Positions 10,053 to 17,851 of a DNA stretch of 64,000 bases are shown in pieces. Every line of letters starts with the position of its first letter. The stretch's first letter is position 1. Below the pieces are notes generated by a model. The model worked only from the letters and a program-made list of their open reading frames with translations. It was not told the origin of the DNA and did not search any database. The DNA comes from Novosphingobium sp. (GTDB lineage: Bacteria; Pseudomonadota; Alphaproteobacteria; Sphingomonadales; Sphingomonadaceae): assembly GCF_049240505.1 (NCBI RefSeq), contig NZ_JBMLSM010000005.1, forward strand, positions 7,015 through 71,014. The letters run 5' to 3'. The position numbers and the translations under genes are program-made.

Positions 10053-10078
10053 AAAGGAAAAGGCCGGGGCTTGCATTC

Positions 10079-11488
10079 ATGCTCGCTGGATGGGCCGCAA
10101 TGGCAGGCATCGTCCAGCCCGCGCTGGCGCAGGATAGGCCTGTTGCCTCTACACCCACCGACCGCCAGTTGACGCTGCGCGATGTGCTGGAATCCTCCGC
10201 CACACACGCGCCGCAGATCATCGAAGCGATGGCCCGCCAGCGGCAGGCGGATGCACGCGCACTCACGGCTGAAGGTGCGTTCGATCTGGTATTCAACGCC
10301 GAAGCCAATACCCGCCCGCTGGGCTATTATGATGGCTCCACCGCTGAAGTTTCGGCCTATCGCCCGATGCAGAACAATGGCGGGCAGATCTATGGCGGCT
10401 ATCGCGTGTCCACCGGCAGCTTTGCCAGCTACGATGGAAAACAGATCACCAACCAGTTGGGCGAACTGAAAGCCGGAGCAACGTTTTCGCTGCTGCGCGA
10501 CCGGCTGATCGATGAGCGGCGCGGGCGGCGCGCGGTTGCCGAAACCGATATCGAACTGGCCGCGCTCGACCGCGATCTGGTGGCCATCGGCGTGCAGCGG
10601 CGGGCGATCGAAGCCTATCAGCAGTGGGTTGCGGCGGGATTGCGCGTGCGCATCTACCGTGAGCTTTATGAACTGGCCGAAACCCGCCAGAAGTCGATTG
10701 AAGATCAGATCCGTCTGGGCGCGCGCCCGGCCATCCTTGGCGTGGAGAACCAGCAGAACATCATGCGGCGGAAGTCGCTGATGGTGCAGGCCGAACAGAA
10801 CCTGCAGTTGCAGGCCAACGCCCTGTCGCTGTTCCTGCGCGATGGTTTGGGCCAACCCATCGTGCCCGCCGCAGACCGCCTGCCCCCGCGCCTGACTGAT
10901 GGCGTCACCCCGCGCCTTGTCGATCAGAACACCGCGATTGCAGGACGCCCCGATTTGCAGGCGCTTGTTACGCGGATCGAACAGGCGGGGATCCGCGCCA
11001 GCCTTGCCGCCAACGAATTGAAGCCGCGGCTTGATGTGAAGGCTGAAGCATCGAAGGATTTCGGCCCCGGATCGCCCGTCCGCCGACCGCTGGAAGGCGC
11101 GGTGGGTGTGCGGTTCTCGGTCCCGCTGGAACGGCGCGCGGCCAAGGGACGGATTGCCGAAGTGGCGGCGGAGCAGGATGCGTTGCAGGTGCGGCTGCGT
11201 TTCCTTGAGGAGCAGATCGGCGTGGAAATCGCCAATTTGCGCACGCAGGTCGGCGGCGCTGAAAAGCTGGCGGGCCTTGCCACCGCCGAAGCTGCGCTGG
11301 CCCGCCGTATGGCCGAGGCGGAGAGGCGGCGGTTTACTTTGGGGGCGAGCGATTTCCTGCTGGTCAACCTGCGTGAGGAATCGCTGGCCGATGCCACCAT
11401 CCGCGAAATCGACGCAAACTACCGCCACGCCGCCGCGCAGGCAGAGCTTGTGGCGGCTTTGGCGGACCGCGAACAACTGCTTCTCTGA
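10079..11488 (+). CDS. TolC-family outer-membrane efflux/secretion channel
   Basis: Signal-peptide-like start MLAGWAAMAGIVQPALAQD. Two-fold repeat architecture with long helical segments, typical of the OEP family. The track ORF start at 9908 would translate through the repeat element, so the ATG at 10079 is preferred (start uncertain). Confidence 0.8.
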   Translation: MLAGWAAMAGIVQPALAQDRPVASTPTDRQLTLRDVLESSATHAPQIIEAMARQRQADARALTAEGAFDLVFNAEANTRPLGYYDGSTAEVSAYRPMQNNGGQIYGGYRVSTGSFASYDGKQITNQLGELKAGATFSLLRDRLIDERRGRRAVAETDIELAALDRDLVAIGVQRRAIEAYQQWVAAGLRVRIYRELYELAETRQKSIEDQIRLGARPAILGVENQQNIMRRKSLMVQAEQNLQLQANALSLFLRDGLGQPIVPAADRLPPRLTDGVTPRLVDQNTAIAGRPDLQALVTRIEQAGIRASLAANELKPRLDVKAEASKDFGPGSPVRRPLEGAVGVRFSVPLERRAAKGRIAEVAAEQDALQVRLRFLEEQIGVEIANLRTQVGGAEKLAGLATAEAALARRMAEAERRRFTLGASDFLLVNLREESLADATIREIDANYRHAAAQAELVAALADREQLLL

Positions 11489-11490
11489 AG

Positions 11491-11540
11491 TGCACCTGGA
11501 TGCACCTACGCGCACCTAAGCGCACCTAAGCGCACTTACC
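11491..11540 (+). repeat. Tandem array of five phased 10-bp repeats (TGCACCTGGA TGCACCTACG CGCACCTAAG CGCACCTAAG CGCACTTACC)
   Basis: Read directly from the sequence. The array occupies essentially the whole 52-nt spacer between the TolC stop (11488) and the convergent kinase-gene stop (11541). Confidence 0.9.
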
Positions 11541-12605
11541 TCACGCCGAACGGCAGTTTTCCATCGCTTCACGCGCCAATGCGGCAAGCCTTGGCAAAGC
11601 CTCTGCCCGTTCCTTCGCCTGCGCGTTGGAAGCGGTGCCGCGCAGCACCCGTCCCTTGATCCCGTGAAAGATCGCGGCGAGGCGGAAGAAGTTGAAGGCG
11701 AGGTAGAAATCCCAGTTGGCAATCTCCGTCCGCCCGGTGCGTTTGCAGTACGCGCCGATATATTCCGCTTCCGTCGGCAAACCCAGCGGCGCAGGGTCGG
11801 CCCCGCCCAGCCCCGCCACGATATCGCCCGGCATCCGGTACATCATCGCGTGGTAGGCAAAGTCCGCCAGCGGATGGCCGAGCGTGGACAGTTCCCAGTC
11901 CAGCACCGCCAGAACACGCGGTTCATTGGGGTGGAAGATCATGTTATCACAGCGAAAATCGCCGTGGACCACGCAAGTTTCATCGCCTTCGGGAATGGCC
12001 GTGGGCAGCCATTCGACCAGCGCATCCATATCGGGCAGGCGGCCAGCCATTTCGTCTTCGAGATACTGCTTCGACCAACGCCCGATCTGACGGGCAAAGT
12101 AGTTGCCGGGGCGGCCATAATCGCCCAGGCCCACCGCCTCATGATCGACCGAATGCAGCGCCGCGATCACGCGGTTCATCTCGTCGAAATAGGCCGCGCG
12201 TGCAGCCTTGGGAACTTCGGAAAACGCGGCGTCCCAGAACACGCGCCCTTCCACCATGTCCATCACGTAGAACGCGCTGCCGATCACGCTTTCGTCCTCG
12301 CAAACCGCGAAGATCTGCGCGACCGGAACGTCGGTGCCGTGGAGCGCGCGCTGCACCCGCGCTTCGCGCAACACATCGTGCGCGCCTTTCAACAAAGGCC
12401 CCGGCGGTTTCCGGCGCAGGACATAGCGCGCAGCGGGCGTGGTCAGGCGATAGGTCGGGTTTGACTGTCCGCCGTTGAACTGCTCGACGGTGAGCGGACC
12501 GGCAAAGCCCGCAACATTTGCCGCCAGCCAGCTTTCCAGCGCCACTTCATCAAACGCGACGCGAACCTTGCCCGCGCCGGTGTTTGCGTCGGCCAACCCA
12601 ATCAT
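11541..12605 (-). CDS. Phosphotransferase-family (APH-like kinase fold) protein, partner of the adjacent acyl-CoA dehydrogenase
   Basis: N-terminus reads LTVEQFNGGQSNPTYRL. It has the kinase catalytic loop VVHGDFRCDNMIF and DWELSTLGHPLADF. The start ATG at 12605 overlaps the upstream stop (ATGA). The track start at 12650 is less likely. Confidence 0.85.
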   Translation of the reverse strand: MIGLADANTGAGKVRVAFDEVALESWLAANVAGFAGPLTVEQFNGGQSNPTYRLTTPAARYVLRRKPPGPLLKGAHDVLREARVQRALHGTDVPVAQIFAVCEDESVIGSAFYVMDMVEGRVFWDAAFSEVPKAARAAYFDEMNRVIAALHSVDHEAVGLGDYGRPGNYFARQIGRWSKQYLEDEMAGRLPDMDALVEWLPTAIPEGDETCVVHGDFRCDNMIFHPNEPRVLAVLDWELSTLGHPLADFAYHAMMYRMPGDIVAGLGGADPAPLGLPTEAEYIGAYCKRTGRTEIANWDFYLAFNFFRLAAIFHGIKGRVLRGTASNAQAKERAEALPRLAALAREAMENCRSA

Positions 12606-13798
12606 TGCGCGTTGCGCCAATCGCGGCGCAGCTTCTTGGCAAGGCTCCACTTGTGGACCTCGGTCGGGCCGTCATAGATGCGGAAGGCGCGGATTTCGCG
12701 GAACATCGTTTCGACGATGGTCTTGTCGGTCACCCCGGTGCCGCCCAGCACCTGCACGCACTTGTCCGCCACGCGCATCAGCGCTTCGGAAACGGCGACC
12801 TTGGTCATGCTGCTTTCGACCGTGCCGAGCGATCCGGTATCGAGCACCGAGGCACACCAGTCGATCATCAGTTCACACTGCTTCAGATCGATCATGTTTT
12901 CGGCCAGCATGAAGCCGACGCCTTCGTGATCAATCAACTGCTTGCCAAAGGCCATGCGGCGGTTGGCATAATCGACCGCGATTTCCTGCGCGCGAATGCA
13001 GCCACCCAGCCAGCGCATACAGTGCGAAAGACGCGCCGGAGACAGGCGGATCTGGGCATACTTGAAGCCCTCGCCCGCATCACCCAGCATCTGGTCGGCA
13101 GGCACGCGCAAATCCACGATATCGATTTCGGCGTGGCTGCCGGGCATCGAACTGTCGATGGTGTTGGGCACGCGGGTGATCTGGATGGCGGGGTCGGGCA
13201 GATCGACCAGGAACATGCAGGCACCGCCCTTGCTGTCCGGATCTTCCGACTTGGCCATGACGATCCCGACCTTGGCCCCTTCGGCCCCGGTGATGAAGGC
13301 CTTCTTGCCATTGATGACCCAGTGATTGCCGTCCTTGCGGCAGGTGGTGATCATCATCGAAGGATCGGCGCCCGCACCCTGCAGGTCTGCCGGCTCGGTC
13401 ATGAAAAAGGCCGAACGCGCGCGGCCTGCCACCAGCGGTTCAAGGAAACGCTGCTTCAGTTCCGGGTTGCCGACCTTGCCGATCAGATACATGTTGCCTT
13501 CGTCGGGCGCCTGCGTGTTGCAGGCCAGCATTCCCAGCGGGGTCAGGCCCGACTTGATCAGGATGACCGCGGTTTCGCGCTGGTTGAAGTGGCCACCATC
13601 GCCCCGGATATGCGGCGTCAGCACACCGGCTTCACGCGCCAGTTCGCGCAGTTCCATGACCAGTTCGTCGGTCGGGGCACCATGATGATCGCGGCGCGGG
13701 TCTTGTTCATAAGGAAACACCTTTTCGCGCACGAAGGCTTCTACGCGGGCGGCCATTTCCAGTGCTTCGCTGCTGATCGTCACGATCGTCGTCCTCAT
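12602..13798 (-). CDS. Acyl-CoA dehydrogenase family protein
   Basis: 398 aa from the ATG at 13798. ACAD-like throughout (FFMTEP, WVINGKKAFITGA, GGTGVT..., IYDGPTEVH). The track ORF start at 14011 adds an implausible basic extension. Confidence 0.88.
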   Translation of the reverse strand: MRTTIVTISSEALEMAARVEAFVREKVFPYEQDPRRDHHGAPTDELVMELRELAREAGVLTPHIRGDGGHFNQRETAVILIKSGLTPLGMLACNTQAPDEGNMYLIGKVGNPELKQRFLEPLVAGRARSAFFMTEPADLQGAGADPSMMITTCRKDGNHWVINGKKAFITGAEGAKVGIVMAKSEDPDSKGGACMFLVDLPDPAIQITRVPNTIDSSMPGSHAEIDIVDLRVPADQMLGDAGEGFKYAQIRLSPARLSHCMRWLGGCIRAQEIAVDYANRRMAFGKQLIDHEGVGFMLAENMIDLKQCELMIDWCASVLDTGSLGTVESSMTKVAVSEALMRVADKCVQVLGGTGVTDKTIVETMFREIRAFRIYDGPTEVHKWSLAKKLRRDWRNAQ

Positions 13799-13920
13799 CC
13801 GTTGGTTTGGTCTAGCGTTTCGACGCAAACCGTGCGGACTGCACCTGACGAAAACAATGGGCTGGGGGAAGCGCCAAGGCCTTTGCCGAACATGATCTGT
13901 CAAAAACTGGCGCAACGACG

Positions 13921-13949
13921 AAAAAAAGGGCGGCGAATGATCGCCGCCC
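13921..13949 (-). terminator. Orphan intrinsic terminator oriented for the minus strand
   Basis: The minus strand reads GGGCGGCGA-TCAT-TCGCCGCCC followed by TTTTTTT (plus-strand A-run 13921-13927). No annotated minus-strand CDS ends here. It lies ~125 nt upstream of the ACAD start. Confidence 0.6.
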
Positions 13950-14012
13950 CTGAAGTGTAAAGAACCCTGCATCTGCAGAGCCCTTCGGGTCGCAGGGAGG
14001 GGAATATCCAAA
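13921..14012 (-). ncRNA. Candidate small RNA or leader element (C-rich motif + stem-loop + terminator)
   Basis: The minus-strand transcript would read ..UUCCCCUCCCUGCGACCCGAAGGGCUCUGCAGAUGCAGGGUU..CAGGGGCGGCGAUCAUUCGCCGCCCUUUUUUU. It has a CCCUGC/GCAGGG stem and a terminal intrinsic terminator. The 5' end is not determined. Confidence 0.25.
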
Positions 14013-14166
14013 ACGGGCGGATTGTAATGTGCGCGTTTTCACACTTCGCACGCGCGAAATCGCACGACAGCGATGAAAATTGCCGTCATGCGAAGAAAAG
14101 CGGCGCCGTGGCGGGAAAGTGGCTCGACGATTTTCGCACTTGCGCTCAGCGATTCGTCAAGGTGCT

Positions 14167-14185
14167 ATTGCAAGCCATTCGCATT
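14167..14185. promoter_or_regulatory. Possible Fur-box-like operator upstream of the PepSY/receptor operon
   Basis: ATTGCAAGCCATTCGCATT matches about 13 of 19 positions of the alphaproteobacterial Fur consensus as I recall it (aaTGAgAAtcATTcTCAtt). It lies ~35 nt upstream of the PepSY gene start. The palindrome is imperfect. Confidence 0.25.
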
Positions 14186-14218
14186 GACGCCAGCGCTGTG
14201 CGGGCTTAGTGCGCGCCC

Positions 14219-15322
14219 GTGCAGAATCGAACGATCACCGCCTGGGCATGGGCTCATAAGTGGAGCAGCCTTGTCTGCACGCTGGCGCTGTTCATGCTGT
14301 GCCTGACCGGACTGCCGCTGATCTTCCATGATGAGATCGAGCACCTGTCCGAAAGTGGCGAGTTGCAGGGGGCTGCTTCGGCCCGGAGTGGGCAGCCGCT
14401 TGATGCGGTGGTGGCATCCGCGCTGGCGGACTATGCGCGCGCTGCCGGCAAGCCCGGCGTGCCGCTGTTCATCGGTTTCTCGCCCGACAATCCGTTGATC
14501 ACCGTAACAGTTGGGCCGCGTGCCGATGCGCCGGGATCTGAAATGCGGCTGTTCTCCTATGATCGAGCGAGCGGCGCGAACGTGGGTGAAGTTGTGGAGG
14601 ATGGGGTCATGGACTTCCTGCTGCAATTGCACACCGATCTGCTGCTGGGTCTGCCGGGAATGCTGTTCCTTGGCACGATGGCGGTGCTGTTCATCGTGGC
14701 GCTGGTGAGCGGAGTGGTGCTTTATGTGCCCTTCATGCGCCGCCTTGCCTTTGGCACGCTGCGGCACGACCGGTCGGCACGGGTGCGCAATCTGGATCAG
14801 CACAACCTGATCGGCGTGCTGGCGCTGGGCTGGATCGCGGTGATTGGCCTGACCGGCGCGATCAATGCTTTTGCCGACCCGCTTACCGATGTGTGGCGCG
14901 TGACCGAACTGGAAAGCATGGTGGCCAAGCAGGGCGGCCAGCCCGCGCTGGCCCCGGCGAACTATGGTTCGATCGACAGGGCAATGGCAGCGGCGCAGGC
15001 AGCGCTGCCGGGCCAGATGCCGCAGTTTATCGGCTTCCCCGGTGGCGCATGGTCATCATCCCGCCATTACGCGATCTTCTTTCAGGGCGATACGCCGCTG
15101 ACCAGCCATGTGCTGACCCCGGCGTTGGTCGATGCGGCCAGCGGCAGGCTGATCGATGTGCGCCCGATGCCCGCTTATATGCAGGCGCTGATGCTGTCGA
15201 AACCGCTGCACTTTGGCGATTACGGCGGGCTCATGCTCAAAATCGTATGGGCCTTGCTTACCGTGGGGACGCTGTGGGTACTGTGGACCGGACTGGTACT
15301 ATGGTGGGGCAAGCGCCGATGA
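14219..15322 (+). CDS. PepSY-associated TM-helix protein (PiuB/FoxB-like putative ferric-siderophore reductase)
   Basis: 367 aa with a GTG start. The N-terminus WAHKWSSLVCTLALFMLCLTGLPLIFHDEIE and four TM segments with conserved His are typical of the PepSY_TM family. It lies directly upstream of a siderophore-type receptor. Confidence 0.8.
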   Translation: MQNRTITAWAWAHKWSSLVCTLALFMLCLTGLPLIFHDEIEHLSESGELQGAASARSGQPLDAVVASALADYARAAGKPGVPLFIGFSPDNPLITVTVGPRADAPGSEMRLFSYDRASGANVGEVVEDGVMDFLLQLHTDLLLGLPGMLFLGTMAVLFIVALVSGVVLYVPFMRRLAFGTLRHDRSARVRNLDQHNLIGVLALGWIAVIGLTGAINAFADPLTDVWRVTELESMVAKQGGQPALAPANYGSIDRAMAAAQAALPGQMPQFIGFPGGAWSSSRHYAIFFQGDTPLTSHVLTPALVDAASGRLIDVRPMPAYMQALMLSKPLHFGDYGGLMLKIVWALLTVGTLWVLWTGLVLWWGKRR

Positions 15323-15519
15323 GCCGAACCGGCCAGCGGAGCGCAACAGCGATTCTTGGCGTTCCCCTATTCCTGGCCTTGCTGGCGCTGATCGGCCTTG
15401 TCCTGGGTCTGACCGGTGATGGCTGGCGCGATTTCGTTTCGGTGGCGCTGCTGGTGCTGCCCTGCCTGCTCTTTGTCATCCTCTGGCGTCGCCGCATCCG
15501 GCGCGCTGCCTTGAAATGA
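15319..15519 (+). CDS. Small two-TM membrane protein (66 aa), function unknown
   Basis: The ATG overlaps the PepSY stop (ATGA), and its stop overlaps the receptor-gene start region. It has two hydrophobic helices (ILGVPLFLALLALIGLVLGL, FVSVALLVLPCLLFVILW). Confidence 0.5.
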   Translation: MSRTGQRSATAILGVPLFLALLALIGLVLGLTGDGWRDFVSVALLVLPCLLFVILWRRRIRRAALK

Positions 15520-15530
15520 AAGCGAATATC

Positions 15531-17693
15531 ATGAACCGTCGCACATCGCTGCTGGTCGCTGCCGCGCTGCTTCCTCTTATGGCCACACCTGCCCTTGCGC
15601 AGGATGCTGCGGACAGTGACGGCGCCGACGACATCATCGTCAGTGCCAAGGCGCTGAACGCATCGCAGGTGATGGGCGAAGGCGATCTTGGCGCGCTGGG
15701 CCGCCAGCGGGCAGAGAACGTGCCTTTCACCATTCGTGCCTACAACGAAGCGCTGATTCTGAACCAGCAGCCTGTCACCCTGGGGCAGGTTCTGGAAAAC
15801 GATCCCACTGTTCGCACCAGCTACGGCTTTGGCAACGCTGCCGAACAGTTCGTGATCCGGGGCTTTGCCCTTTATGGTGACGACGTCGGCCTGAACGGGC
15901 TTTATGGTATCGCCCCGCGCCAGTTGATCGCTCCCGAACTATTCCAGTCGGTCGAAGTGTTGAACGGCGCATCGGCGTTCCTCAACGGTGCCGCCCCCGG
16001 TGGTTCGTCGATCGGCGGGGCGGTCAACCTCCAGTTGAAGCGCGCGGGTGATGTGCCGCTGACCCGCGCCACCCTTGGATATATCTCTGACCAGCATTTC
16101 GGCGGCAGCTTCGACATATCGCGCCGCATGGGCGATGATGGCGCTTTTGGCGTGCGCATAAATGGTGCGTTCCGCAGCGGCGATGTGGCAGTGGACGGCG
16201 AGTTCCGCCGAACTGCCGTGATCGGTGCGGCATTCGACTGGCGTGATGACAACACCCGCCTTTTCCTCGATCTTGGCTATCAGCGGGTGGAAGTGGATGG
16301 CCTGCGTCCCAAGGTGACGATCGGCACGGCCACGATCCCTACCGTGCCTGATGCCTCGGCCAACTATGCGCAGCCTTGGACCTACACTGATCTGCGCGAC
16401 ATTTTTGGCGTGCTGCGGTTCGAACAGGATCTGGGCGACAATGCCATGTTCCACATCAGCGCAGGCACGCGCGATGGCAGCGAAGAGGGCATCTATGGCG
16501 GCATCACCGTGTTGAACGCGACCACCGGTGCGGCCAACGGCAATGCCCTTTATGTGCCGCGCACGGACAACAACGAAGCCATCGAAGCGGGCTTCACGGT
16601 AAAGCTGGGCAGTGCGATCACGCATGAGTTCAACTTTGGCGGCAGCGCGGTGTGGCAGGTCAATCGCAACGCCTTCGATTTCCTTTATGGTCCCGGTTTT
16701 GCAGGCTTCGCCACCAACATCTATGATGCGCCTGAAGCGGCAATCCCGGCTTCGGCCTTTGTCGGCGGCGATCTGGATAATCCGTTCCCGATCAGCCGCA
16801 GCCGATTGCTGTCCGCTTTCGCGTCTGACACGGTGGGCCTCTTCGATGGCAAGGTGCTGATCACTGGCGGGCTTCGCCTGCAGGACATCGAGGTGAAAAG
16901 CTATAACGCCTATAACGGCGGCCTGTTGGACGGCACCTATCGGGAATCTGCGGCGACGCCGGTTGTCGGCCTGGTGGTGAAGCCACTGCCGGGGCTTTCA
17001 CTCTTCGCCAATCGCGTGGAAGCACTGCAACAGGGACCGACCGCGCCGATCGATGCGCTGGTGATCAATTCGGGCGAAGTGTTCGGGCCGATCCGGTCGA
17101 AGCAGTATGAAGTGGGCGGCAAGCTGCGCATGGGCCGGTTTGAAGCGGGGCTTTCGCTGTTCCGCATCGATCTGCCGGTCGCCTATTCGGTGGATGCCGG
17201 GACCGGCGACGGGCGCGTGCGCTTTGGCCTGAACGGGTTGCAGCGCAACGAAGGCGTGGAACTGACGCTCAATGGCGAACCGGTGGACGGCCTGCGCTTT
17301 ATCGGCGGTGCATCGGTGATCGATGCGAAGCTGCGCCGCACGCTGGGCGGGGCCAACCAGGGTAACCGCGCCGTGGGCGTGCCTGAATGGACCGGGAATG
17401 CCGGCGTGGAGTGGGATATCCCCTCAACCGGATTCACGCTGACGGGCCGCGTGGTTCACACTGGCAAGCAGGCCGTGAACGTAGCCAACACGCTGGAAAT
17501 CCCCGAATGGACACGCTTCGATCTGGGCGCACGTTTTGTCGCCAATGCTGGCGGCAAGCCACTGACGCTGCGCTTTGGCGTGGATAACGTGGCCAACAAG
17601 CGGTACTGGGCATCGGCATTCGATGTGTTCGCCGCCGCGCTGCTGCAGGGCCAACCGCGCACGTTCCGGGCCAGCGCGTCCATCGATTTCTGA
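15531..17693 (+). CDS. TonB-dependent siderophore receptor
   Basis: Signal peptide MNRRTSLLVAAALLPLMATPALAQ, TonB-box-like DDIIVSA, plug domain, and a beta-barrel ending ..FRASASIDF. An alternative ATG at 15516 is possible. Confidence 0.88.
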   Translation: MNRRTSLLVAAALLPLMATPALAQDAADSDGADDIIVSAKALNASQVMGEGDLGALGRQRAENVPFTIRAYNEALILNQQPVTLGQVLENDPTVRTSYGFGNAAEQFVIRGFALYGDDVGLNGLYGIAPRQLIAPELFQSVEVLNGASAFLNGAAPGGSSIGGAVNLQLKRAGDVPLTRATLGYISDQHFGGSFDISRRMGDDGAFGVRINGAFRSGDVAVDGEFRRTAVIGAAFDWRDDNTRLFLDLGYQRVEVDGLRPKVTIGTATIPTVPDASANYAQPWTYTDLRDIFGVLRFEQDLGDNAMFHISAGTRDGSEEGIYGGITVLNATTGAANGNALYVPRTDNNEAIEAGFTVKLGSAITHEFNFGGSAVWQVNRNAFDFLYGPGFAGFATNIYDAPEAAIPASAFVGGDLDNPFPISRSRLLSAFASDTVGLFDGKVLITGGLRLQDIEVKSYNAYNGGLLDGTYRESAATPVVGLVVKPLPGLSLFANRVEALQQGPTAPIDALVINSGEVFGPIRSKQYEVGGKLRMGRFEAGLSLFRIDLPVAYSVDAGTGDGRVRFGLNGLQRNEGVELTLNGEPVDGLRFIGGASVIDAKLRRTLGGANQGNRAVGVPEWTGNAGVEWDIPSTGFTLTGRVVHTGKQAVNVANTLEIPEWTRFDLGARFVANAGGKPLTLRFGVDNVANKRYWASAFDVFAAALLQGQPRTFRASASIDF

Positions 17694-17702
17694 CACGCAA
17701 AC

Positions 17703-17743
17703 AGCATCACCGGGCGGGGCTGAACGCTGCGTCCGGTGATGCT
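17703..17743 (+). terminator. Stem-loop downstream of the receptor gene (possible terminator)
   Basis: AGCATCACCGG...CCGGTGATGCT 11-bp stem. There is no clear U-tract. Confidence 0.4.
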
Positions 17744-17851
17744 GCATTGCAATAAAAGCGGGAACCCCTGCGCTGGGCGTGCATTCATCACGTTGAAAGC
17801 AAGCAGAAATTGGACCCCGCATTGGACCCGCAAGGCCCCCAAGCCGCAGAG

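Noticed and set aside
9908-10078. TolC ORF start at 9908, overlapping the HlyD stop (ATGA).
   Set aside because: This start would translate straight through the 97-bp palindromic repeat (..[33 protein letters not shown]..). The ATG at 10079 gives a normal signal peptide. It cannot be fully excluded without experimental data.
12748-12764. GCACCTGCACGCACTTG inside the ACAD gene, superficially like the GCACCT decamer arrays.
   Set aside because: The cores are not 10-nt phased, and there is no extended identity to the arrays. It is compatible with chance in GC-rich coding sequence.
13812-14306. Small ORFs in the ACAD/PepSY spacer: 13812-14051(-), 14027-14209(+) and 14073-14306(+).
   Set aside because: They have no start context and implausible composition. 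One runs through the intrinsic terminator hairpin. The region is better explained as regulatory or sRNA sequence.
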